Below are positions 25,938 through 34,002 of a stretch of DNA of 64,000 nt, piece by piece. A program made the translations under genes and the position numbers. Every line of letters starts with the position of its first letter. Positions within the stretch are counted from its first letter, which is position 1. This stretch comes from Candidatus Latescibacterota bacterium (GTDB taxonomy: Bacteria > Latescibacterota > UBA2968 > UBA8231), in the NCBI GenBank assembly GCA_965217585.1, contig OZ244561.1, positions 3,872,001 through 3,936,000 on the forward strand, written 5' to 3'. The notes beneath the pieces are model-generated. The model did no database searches. It was not told where the DNA came from and was given only the letters and a program-made list of their open reading frames with translations.

Positions 25938-26752
25938 AAACACTGCTTGCCATCGCGCTCGCGCTTAGCCTGCTGCCGGGGTGTGAACCGTCGAACACCC
26001 GCGACATCGTCGCCCGCGTCGGAGACGCCGAACTCACGGAAAGCGAGTTTGCAAGCCAATTCGCGTCTGGCCTCGACGCCGATCTAGCCGAAGACGAGCG
26101 GGCGCAGCTCATCGAGGACTGGGTGCGCCAAGAACTGCTCTATCAGGAAGCGCTCGCCCGCGGGCTCCACCAGCAGACGCGGCTCAAAACGCTCCTAGAG
26201 CAGATGCGGCGAGACCTGCTGGTAGCGGCCCTGCTCGACGCCGAGTTCCAAGACCATGAACTCGCCTTCAGCGAGGCTGCAATCCGCCGCTATTACGACG
26301 CGCATCAAGACGATTTTCGCAGGCTTCGTCCCGAGATTAGGGCGCGGCACATCCTCCTGACCAGCCAGCGCGAGGCCAACGCCCGACGTAAAACCCTACT
26401 ACAGCGCGGCGAAAGTTTTTCCGAGGTGGCCCGCAAGTACTCGCACGATGCCGCCACCCGCAACGAGGGAGGCGAGTTGGGTTATTTCTCCGAAGTAGAA
26501 AATCCCGTGCTGTGGGCCGCGTGCCAAGATCTGCCGCTCAAGGTAATCTCCGAGCGGGTGCAGACCGAGTACGGCTACCACCTCATCCAGATCCTAGAGC
26601 GCTGCGAGGTCGGCACGGTCCGCGACCTCACGCAAGTGCGCTCCCAGATCGTCGAGGCGCTGGTGCGCGAGCATCATCAATCTCAGCTCGACCAACTCGT
26701 CGCCAAGCTCAAAAACTCCACAGACTGGGCTATCGCAGCCCCCACCCCCTGA
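25934..26752 (+). CDS. PrsA-like parvulin PPIase lipoprotein
   Basis: ARHILL, FSEVARKYSHD, GGELG, TEYGYHLI; the frame extends upstream to CTG 25934, giving lipoprotein signal MKTLLAIALALSLLPGC, with GGAGG SD. Confidence 0.85.
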   Translation: MKTLLAIALALSLLPGCEPSNTRDIVARVGDAELTESEFASQFASGLDADLAEDERAQLIEDWVRQELLYQEALARGLHQQTRLKTLLEQMRRDLLVAALLDAEFQDHELAFSEAAIRRYYDAHQDDFRRLRPEIRARHILLTSQREANARRKTLLQRGESFSEVARKYSHDAATRNEGGELGYFSEVENPVLWAACQDLPLKVISERVQTEYGYHLIQILERCEVGTVRDLTQVRSQIVEALVREHHQSQLDQLVAKLKNSTDWAIAAPTP

Positions 26753-26754
26753 AT

Positions 26755-28089
26755 ATGCCACTGCATTCGCCAAATCGCCTGTTGTTAGCTCTCTGCCTCG
26801 CGCTGTGTATCGCGCCGAGAGCAGGGGCCTTGCCCGAACTCATCGACCGCATCGTCGCCACCGTTGACAACCACACGATCCTCTGGTCCGAGCTCAACTA
26901 CCGACTGCGCTTTGAAGCCGAGCAGCGCGGACTCTCGGTCTTTGTCGAGTCCGAGCAGATCAAGGCACTTCGCCAAGAGATCCTCGACGCCATGATCGAC
27001 GAGCAAGTACTGGTTCTCAAGGCCAAACAGGACAGCATTCAGATCGACCCTTCCGAAGTCGAGGAAATGCTCGGCCAGCAGTTTCAGCTGGCCAAGAGCA
27101 GCATGGACGACGGGCAATTCGAGCAGATGCTAGAGCGCGTGGGCTTGAGCGAGCGCCAACTCAAGGCCCGCTACCGCAAGGAAATCCGCCACCGCCTGCT
27201 CTCGCGCCAGATGCGCGCCTTTGTCTCGTACCGGGTACACGTCAGTCACCGCGACGTAGAGGAGTTCCGCATCGCTCACCAAGATACCTTGCCCTCTCAA
27301 ATCTCGCTCAGCCACATTCTGATCAAGGTCCAGCCCAGCGATGACGTGCTAAAAGAGAAACGGGCGCGGATCGAGGAGATCCAATCCCTGCTGGCCGCTG
27401 GCGGCGACTTCGCCGCAATAGCCCGCGCCCACTCTGAAGATCCCGGCAGTGCCTCTCTCGGCGGCGACTTGGGCTGTTTCTCGCCTAGGACCTTGGTACC
27501 CGAGTTTGAGGAAGCGGCCTTCGCGCTCAAACCGGGCCAGATTAGCGAGCCGGTTTTGAGTCCGTATGGCTACCACTTGATACAGGTGCGCGAAAAGCGC
27601 GAAGCCTCCATTTGCGCCAGCCATATCCTCGTCTTGGCCAAAACCTCGGAAAGCGACGAGGCTCGTGCGCGAGAAAAGCTAGAGGACTTGCGCCACCGCG
27701 CCCAGAACGGCGAGGAATTTTCCCAACTCGCCCGCCAGTATTCGGCCAACCCGCAGACGGCCATGCAGGGCGGCCTCTGGGGCACCTTCCCCAAGGAAGG
27801 GATCCCCGAATTCCTCCAGCCTTACCTCCGCGACCTCAAGCTGGGAGACGTCAGCGAACCCTTCTTTTTTGACGAGGGCGGCCATATCATCAAAGTTGAC
27901 GACGATCAAGCTGTGATCGAGGGCCTGATCCGCGAAAGCCGCACCGCAGAAGCCATGCGCCAATTAATCGACCAATACCGGCAGCAAATCCACATCGAGG
28001 TGCGGCTCGACGAGGAAAATTTGCGCCACCCAGTACGGAATGCGACTGGATATCTTCCTGAAGAACACGGGGCTGATCAAGCAGCGTAG
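26755..28089 (+). CDS. surA: SurA-like chaperone/PPIase
   Basis: Signal peptide, IDRIVATVD SurA N-domain, two parvulin domains (SHILI..SEDPGSASLGGDLG..FEEAAF; SHILV..FSQLARQYS). Confidence 0.85.
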   Translation: MPLHSPNRLLLALCLALCIAPRAGALPELIDRIVATVDNHTILWSELNYRLRFEAEQRGLSVFVESEQIKALRQEILDAMIDEQVLVLKAKQDSIQIDPSEVEEMLGQQFQLAKSSMDDGQFEQMLERVGLSERQLKARYRKEIRHRLLSRQMRAFVSYRVHVSHRDVEEFRIAHQDTLPSQISLSHILIKVQPSDDVLKEKRARIEEIQSLLAAGGDFAAIARAHSEDPGSASLGGDLGCFSPRTLVPEFEEAAFALKPGQISEPVLSPYGYHLIQVREKREASICASHILVLAKTSESDEARAREKLEDLRHRAQNGEEFSQLARQYSANPQTAMQGGLWGTFPKEGIPEFLQPYLRDLKLGDVSEPFFFDEGGHIIKVDDDQAVIEGLIRESRTAEAMRQLIDQYRQQIHIEVRLDEENLRHPVRNATGYLPEEHGADQAA

Positions 28090-28321
28090 TGAAGCCAAGC
28101 GGGCCTGCGACGCCGGGCGAGTCCATATCGGCGGCCAGCAGGCCAAGGCTGCGCACTCCGTGACCGTAGGCGAGCAGATACACATTGCCACGCCCACCCG
28201 CCTACTCGACATCGAGGTGCTCGGCATCCCGGAGCGCCAGCCCGCACGGCGAGACCGCCGCCGCTTTTATCGGATCCTCCGCGAGGAATACCGCGACCCG
28301 TACGAGGACCTGAGCTTTTAG
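28040..28321 (+). CDS. S4-domain RNA-binding protein (Hsp15/RqcP-like)
   Basis: MRLDIFLKNTGLIKQRSEAKRACDAGRV S4 signature. Confidence 0.9.
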   Translation: MRLDIFLKNTGLIKQRSEAKRACDAGRVHIGGQQAKAAHSVTVGEQIHIATPTRLLDIEVLGIPERQPARRDRRRFYRILREEYRDPYEDLSF

Positions 28322-28331
28322 GAGGCAAGCT

Positions 28332-29090
28332 GTGGGTAGCGCAGCGCAATCGCCCTATCAAGGGCTGGCCCCCATCTACGACTATGTAATGTCCCACGTC
28401 GATTACGGCGAATGGGCCGCTTACATCCATGCACTATTCGCCCGCTTTGCCCCCGACACCACCCGCGTCGTGGATTTGGCCTGCGGCACCGGCAATGTGT
28501 CTTTTGCGCTCCACCGCCTCGGCTATGAGGTAACAGGCGTAGACCGCTCCGAGGCCATGCTGCAGATCGCGCGCGAAAAGGCCGCTGGCACCGACGTCGA
28601 GTTCGTCCAGCAGGACCTGCGCCAGCTAGGAGGCCTAGGGCCTTTTGACGCGGCCACTTGCCTGTACGACAGCATCAACTATCTGCTCGCACCAGCCGAC
28701 ATCGACGCGGCACTGCACGGCGCGCAGGCTATTGTGCAGCCGGGTGGGCTTTTTGTCTTTGACATCTGCACCGAGCGCAATTCGCTGCGCTATTTTCGCA
28801 ACATGCGCGACAGCGAACGGGGGCCGGGTTTTTCCTACGAGCGGCACAGCATCTACGATCCAGACAAGCGACTCCAGAGCAATCACTTCCGCATCCGCTG
28901 CGACGGAAGCGATGCCGCACTAGAGGAAACCCACGTCCAGCGCATCTATCCGGTCGCCGCCGTCGCCGCTCGCGTCGAGGCGAGTGCCTGGGAGTTGCTC
29001 GCGTTCTTCGACGGTTTCACCTTTGACAAGGAGACCGAGGAATCGGACCGCGTTCACTTCGTTCTACGCGCTCCGCGAGCGGAGAAATAA
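28332..29090 (+). CDS. Class I SAM-dependent methyltransferase
   Basis: VVDLACGTG, GVDRSEAML, CLYDSINYL, PGGLFVFD; GGAGG SD. Confidence 0.92.
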   Translation: MGSAAQSPYQGLAPIYDYVMSHVDYGEWAAYIHALFARFAPDTTRVVDLACGTGNVSFALHRLGYEVTGVDRSEAMLQIAREKAAGTDVEFVQQDLRQLGGLGPFDAATCLYDSINYLLAPADIDAALHGAQAIVQPGGLFVFDICTERNSLRYFRNMRDSERGPGFSYERHSIYDPDKRLQSNHFRIRCDGSDAALEETHVQRIYPVAAVAARVEASAWELLAFFDGFTFDKETEESDRVHFVLRAPRAEK

Positions 29091-29092
29091 CC

Positions 29093-30040
29093 TTGGACCT
29101 GCAGCTAAGAGCAACGCGCGCATTCATTGAGGCAGAAGACGATTTCCTGCTGACGACCCACGTCAACAGCGACGCCGACGGCCTAGGCGCCTGCATGGCT
29201 TGGGCCCACCTGCTGCGGGGCCTCGGCAAGCGCGCTGACATCGGCTTGCCCGAGCCACCGGCTGGCCAATGCTCCTTTCTCGTCGGCTGGGACGGTGTGC
29301 GCCACTTCGCCGACCTCGACTTGACCCGCTACCGCTGCGCCATTGTCGCCGACTGCCCCTCCCTCGACCGCATCGGTCCGGTGCTCCCAAGTCTCAGCCC
29401 CGACATCCGTCTCCTCAACATCGATCACCACCGAGGCAATGAGTGCTTCGGCGCGGTGAATATCGTGGAGGAAATAAGCTCGACCTGCGAGCTCCTCTAC
29501 CATCTCGCCATTGGCCTTGGCCATGAGGTCGATGCCGTCGCGGCCGACCAGCTCTATGCGGGGATTCTCTTCGATACCGGCGGCTTTCGCTTCTCGCTAA
29601 CGACGGCTACCACCTTTGAAGTAGCAGCCGATCTAGTGCGGCGCGGCGCGCGTCTCGACGTCATCGCCGAGGGTGTCTTCGGCAACAAGAGTCTCGGCTC
29701 GGTCAAACAACGCGGCCAAGCCATTGAGAGCTTGGTGCTGCGCCTCGGGGGCCGAGTGGCGGTGCTCTATCTCGACCGCGAGGCCATGGGCGCGGGCGAG
29801 CCTGACGAGGTAGTCAACTACGGCCTGATGATCAGAGGCGTCGAAGTGGCCTTGCTGCTCAAGGAACGCGCGCCCGGATGCTACCGCATCAGCCTGCGCT
29901 CCCGCGAGGTCGACGTCAGCCAAGTCGCTGGCACCTTTGGCGGCGGCGGCCACGCCCGCGCCGCCGGGCTGGAACTAACGGGTGCGCCCCAAGATATCGT
30001 TGAGAGCATACTAACCGAAATCGGTCGCCATTTGAATTAG
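29093..30040 (+). CDS. nrnA: DHH/DHHA1 oligoribonuclease/PAP phosphatase
   Basis: THVNSDADGLG, NIDHH, DTGGF, ISLRS, FGGGGHARAAG. Confidence 0.9.
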   Translation: MDLQLRATRAFIEAEDDFLLTTHVNSDADGLGACMAWAHLLRGLGKRADIGLPEPPAGQCSFLVGWDGVRHFADLDLTRYRCAIVADCPSLDRIGPVLPSLSPDIRLLNIDHHRGNECFGAVNIVEEISSTCELLYHLAIGLGHEVDAVAADQLYAGILFDTGGFRFSLTTATTFEVAADLVRRGARLDVIAEGVFGNKSLGSVKQRGQAIESLVLRLGGRVAVLYLDREAMGAGEPDEVVNYGLMIRGVEVALLLKERAPGCYRISLRSREVDVSQVAGTFGGGGHARAAGLELTGAPQDIVESILTEIGRHLN

Positions 30041-30125
30041 TAATAATTATTCTTGATTGTAAATTTTATTTATTATAATATGATTTTTACCACAAAAAGA
30101 GCAATAAAGTAAAGTAAGGAAGACG
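30038..30125 (+). promoter_or_regulatory. Very AT-rich promoter/operator region upstream of argF
   Basis: Nearly pure A/T tract with TTGATT/TTGTAA and TATAAT hexamers and an AATAATTATTC ARG-box-like core. Confidence 0.5.
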
Positions 30126-30130
30126 TTCCA

Positions 30131-31048
30131 TTGCATTTAATTACCCTAAAGGATTGGTCCCCAGCCGACGTGCAGCAAGCTGTAGAGCTCGGCCTCGCCG
30201 TCAAGGCCACTCCGCAGCACTACGCCGACGCCCTCTCTGGACGCACGGTGGTTCTGCTCTTCCAGAAGACTTCGACCCGCACCCGCTGCGCCGGCGAGAT
30301 CGGCACCGTCCAGCTAGGCGGCCACGCCCTCTACTTGAACTGGCTGGATACCAACTTCGGCCTAGCCGACTTAGGCGACGAGTTCCGCGTACTCTCCGGC
30401 TACTCCGATTTCATCGTCGCCCGCCTGCTCGAACACGCCGATGTGCGCCGCGCCGCCGCCGCCTCGCAGGTGCCGCTGATAAACGGCTGCTGCAACCGCT
30501 ACCACCCCTTACAGGCGTTGACCGACTTGATGACCCTACAGGAGACTTTCGGGCGGCTCGAAGGGGTGCGGCTGACATACGTCGGGGTGCTCAACAACGT
30601 CGCCAACTCGCTCATTGCCGCCGGCGTCAAAGTGGGCATGCACGTCACTTGCGTCTGCCCGGAGATCAACGCCGCTGCACGCGACGACGGACTCTACGCC
30701 GAAGCCAAGCGCTTGGGACTCTACGAGCACACCGAGGAACTGCATCCGGCGCTAGCAAAGTCTGACGTCGTGTACACTGACACTTGGATCGACATGGAGT
30801 TTTTTGCCGACCCCAAGTTCGCTCGCGAAAAGGAGCGCCGGGTCCAGACCTTTCAGCCCTATCAGCTCAGCCGCGAGTTGCTCGCGGGCCTAGACCTGAA
30901 AATCTTGCACTGCCTCCCCGCCCACCACGGCTATGAGATCGAAGGCGCGCTCTTGCACGACGAGCGTTCGCTGATCTTCACTCAAGCCGAAAACCGCCTG
31001 CACAGCCAGAAGGCCGTGCTGCTCAAGCTGGCGAATGCCCTCGCCTGA
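30131..31048 (+). CDS. argF: Ornithine carbamoyltransferase
   Basis: FQKTSTRTR, HPLQALTD, YTDTW, HCLP, QAENRLH. Confidence 0.9.
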   Translation: MHLITLKDWSPADVQQAVELGLAVKATPQHYADALSGRTVVLLFQKTSTRTRCAGEIGTVQLGGHALYLNWLDTNFGLADLGDEFRVLSGYSDFIVARLLEHADVRRAAAASQVPLINGCCNRYHPLQALTDLMTLQETFGRLEGVRLTYVGVLNNVANSLIAAGVKVGMHVTCVCPEINAAARDDGLYAEAKRLGLYEHTEELHPALAKSDVVYTDTWIDMEFFADPKFAREKERRVQTFQPYQLSRELLAGLDLKILHCLPAHHGYEIEGALLHDERSLIFTQAENRLHSQKAVLLKLANALA

Positions 31049-31292
31049 GAGCGAGGAGCATCTCGTCGCGCAAGATTCGCCGCAGAAGATCCCTGTCTCA
31101 GGCTCTATAACACTCAAGCCCCACTGACATTGGCGTACTCATAAGCTGTGGTAGCACTAATTGCCAAAGTGCGTACCATCGGTTTATAATTTGCTTAGGA
31201 TGGTCGTTGACAAACCTTTGCCTTGCATCGGCTTTTGTCATATATCCTAACAGGCGGTGCTTGCTATCGCATTTTCCCCAGCAGGGCTCGCT

Positions 31293-33998
31293 ATGCTAGC
31301 ACACGGTGATTCGCGTCCAAAGCTCGTCCTCTTCCTGCTGCTCCTGCTTTCCCCCTTCCAAGCCCCGGCTGAGATCAGGAACTGGCGAGTGGGCGACCAA
31401 GACCATCCTTGGAACCTCGTCCCGGTCTCCGGCCGCCTGACTTGGGGCCGCGGCTGGGCCGTCGAGATCCTCACCGACGACGACGGCGACGGACTCATCG
31501 ACGAAGACCCAGTCGAGCTTGTCGATTCGGACGGCGACGGACTTTTCAACGAAGACCCGCCTGATCCGCAGCTCGACTCGGACGGCGATGGGCAGCTCAA
31601 CGAGGACCCTCCCAATAAACTCGACGACGACGGCGACGGACTCATCGACGAAGACCCAGTCGAGGCATTCGACAGCGACTTGGACGGGCGCGTTGACGAG
31701 GACGGGCCCGATCCACAGCTCGACTCGGATGGAGACGGACGACTCAATGAAGACGGGCTGATGACCGATGGGGACGACGACCTGGACGGTCGCACCGACG
31801 AAGACCCATATAATGGCACCGACGACGACGGCGACGGACTCATCGACGAAGACGGGCCGCGGCTGCGCGACCCCGACGGGGTCGCGACTTGGCTGCGGCC
31901 CATCGAACTCAACGAGCGCCGCAATCTAGCCATCCTGCTCAACGAGCGCTATCTACAAGGGGAATTCGGCGGCGTGGGGCCGGACGGCAGGTTACTCAGC
32001 CCCTTTCTGGAAATTCCCAGCGAATTCGGCCCACGCGTCGAGCGAGCCGATCCCATCTCGGGTGACTATTTCAAATCCGGGTCGGGTGGCGGCATCAACC
32101 GGATTGACTACGGCAAGATGGTTGACGGCGATCTCTCCACTGCCTTCGGCACGACCAGCACCGACTATCGCGTCGCCGGCATCTACGGCATCCATGGGGG
32201 GGGAGCATCCCTCAACCTGATGGGCTTTTACCACATCAATCGCCTTATCTTCCAACCGCGGCCCACCCTGCCCGTCACAACCATCGCCAACTACTTCGTT
32301 GTCTACGGCGACCCTACAACCGTCAACTCCACTTTGGCGACCCTCGAAGTAAAGAAGATCCTCGTCCCTGTGACGCGAGAACATACCGATCCAGTCAAGG
32401 ACCTGCACTTCGACCCGCCGGTGCTCATAGGCCGACTGGATGTCGCTTCACTCGATTCCAATGGTGATTACAAGGAAACGGCAGAGATAGGCCTCTTCGG
32501 CGAGGGCTTCCCCAGCGACGCCTCCTTTACCTCCGAGATCATCGATGTCGGCACCTCCACGCCGCGCGCACGGCGCTACAGCCAACTGCTCGAACTCTTC
32601 GATGACGCCGGGTCGGTCGAGGCCGAGTTCCCCGACCGACCCGGCTCGACGGTCAACTGGGGCAAAGTTCGCTGGCGGGGACGCAAAACGGGTTTCGCTG
32701 GCGATGTACGCATCCAGTTCCGCGCCGGCGATGCACCCAACATGCACATCTACGCTCGCGATAGCGGTGCCAATGAGATCGATACCCGCGGCGAGGACGA
32801 TCAGCCGCTCGACGCCTTCTCCTGGCTCAAACTGCGCCAAGGCCGCATCCCCGAGGCCAAACTTCGCTACAATGAACTCGGTGCAGATTTGGGCAGCGAC
32901 GGCCCGAAGGGTTGGAGTTTCTGGTCGGCCCCCTTCAGTTTCGAGGACGGGCTCATCGACGAGCGCCTCCCCGAAGAGCGCTGGTCCGAGGCGGGCGTGT
33001 CCCTGCCGCTACCTACTGGCACCCGCTATCTGCAGTTCCGCATCCTCTTCGACAGCACTATCGAGAGCGCAGTTGCGCTCGACTATATCGAATTCGACTA
33101 CGACGAGCCCCTAGTCTCGGGCGGCGTGGTCGCCGAGGTCTTTCCGCCGCGCGTCGCGCTGGGCGAGGAAGCGTCCTTGCGCTACTTCCTGCGGCCTTTT
33201 TTCGCCGATGAAGAAGAAGGGGGGTTCAATCGCATCGAACTGACGGTACCCGACGCTTCAACCCGGATCGACACTTTCAAGTTCGATGGCCGCGCTTGGG
33301 AAGAAGTCGCCGTACCCACCGGAACTAACGCCGAAGACCCACTGCTCCAAGTCGAGCCGCTGCGTCTGGAGCCCGAACCGGACAGTCCTTTCGTCGTCGG
33401 CCAGTTCGCTCAGACCATCGTCTCGGACCCCCGGACCGGCGAGACTCGGCTGTTGGTCAAGTTCCCGTTGCTAGGGGCCTCCGACTTCAAGGCCCGTCAG
33501 AGCATCGAGATCGACTTGCGGACGCGGCTCTTTCGCGGCTCGGCTCGCTTTGAAGGATCGGTGTGGAACGACCGCCTCGCCACGCGGGAGGCGACGATTC
33601 CCCAGCTAGTGCGCGACGGCGACGCGGTACAGCAAGTGGCTACCAACGCGACGCTGGTCGTCGTCGACGATATCCAGGCGCACCGCCTGCAGGTTCAGGC
33701 CACCCCCAACCCCTTTACGCCCAATGGCGACGGCATAAACGACGCGATCGAATTCGCCTTCGACCTCTTTCTGGTCTTAGACCAAGTCGAAGTCGCGGTG
33801 GAAATACTCGACCTGTCGGGGCGCAGGATGCACCGCGTCGGGCCGGTATCGCGCACGGCAGGTCAGACGAAACTCGAGTGGGACGGTCGCAACGCGGCGG
33901 GCCATCTTCTAATGCCGGGCCTCTACCTCTATCGCCTGCAAGTCGCCGCCGACCAAACAGCTGCCGAGGCCCTCGGCGTCCTCTCGCTGGTGTACTAA
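31293..33998 (+). CDS. Large secreted protein with 8 acidic Ca-binding-type repeats and C-terminal FTPNGDG/FlgD-Ig domain
   Basis: Signal peptide; DxDGDGxxD/NED repeats; NPFTPNGDGIND...WDGRNAAG...PGLYLYR...LVY. Confidence 0.8.
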   Translation: MLAHGDSRPKLVLFLLLLLSPFQAPAEIRNWRVGDQDHPWNLVPVSGRLTWGRGWAVEILTDDDGDGLIDEDPVELVDSDGDGLFNEDPPDPQLDSDGDGQLNEDPPNKLDDDGDGLIDEDPVEAFDSDLDGRVDEDGPDPQLDSDGDGRLNEDGLMTDGDDDLDGRTDEDPYNGTDDDGDGLIDEDGPRLRDPDGVATWLRPIELNERRNLAILLNERYLQGEFGGVGPDGRLLSPFLEIPSEFGPRVERADPISGDYFKSGSGGGINRIDYGKMVDGDLSTAFGTTSTDYRVAGIYGIHGGGASLNLMGFYHINRLIFQPRPTLPVTTIANYFVVYGDPTTVNSTLATLEVKKILVPVTREHTDPVKDLHFDPPVLIGRLDVASLDSNGDYKETAEIGLFGEGFPSDASFTSEIIDVGTSTPRARRYSQLLELFDDAGSVEAEFPDRPGSTVNWGKVRWRGRKTGFAGDVRIQFRAGDAPNMHIYARDSGANEIDTRGEDDQPLDAFSWLKLRQGRIPEAKLRYNELGADLGSDGPKGWSFWSAPFSFEDGLIDERLPEERWSEAGVSLPLPTGTRYLQFRILFDSTIESAVALDYIEFDYDEPLVSGGVVAEVFPPRVALGEEASLRYFLRPFFADEEEGGFNRIELTVPDASTRIDTFKFDGRAWEEVAVPTGTNAEDPLLQVEPLRLEPEPDSPFVVGQFAQTIVSDPRTGETRLLVKFPLLGASDFKARQSIEIDLRTRLFRGSARFEGSVWNDRLATREATIPQLVRDGDAVQQVATNATLVVVDDIQAHRLQVQATPNPFTPNGDGINDAIEFAFDLFLVLDQVEVAVEILDLSGRRMHRVGPVSRTAGQTKLEWDGRNAAGHLLMPGLYLYRLQVAADQTAAEALGVLSLVY
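31476..31853 (+). repeat. Intragenic tandem repeats (8 x ~16-17 aa)
   Basis: 42-nt perfect copies at 31476-31517 and 31623-31664; 33-nt copy at 31821-31853. Confidence 0.9.
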
Positions 33999-34002
33999 CG
34001 TG

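Noticed and set aside
28040-28089. 50-nt overlap of surA and the S4 gene as programmed recoding
   Set aside because: Both frames are complete; a short tail overlap suffices and no slippery site is evident
31476-31853. Regularly spaced DNA repeats resembling a CRISPR array
   Set aside because: In-frame coding repeats with codon-wise divergence; no unique spacers, leader or cas genes
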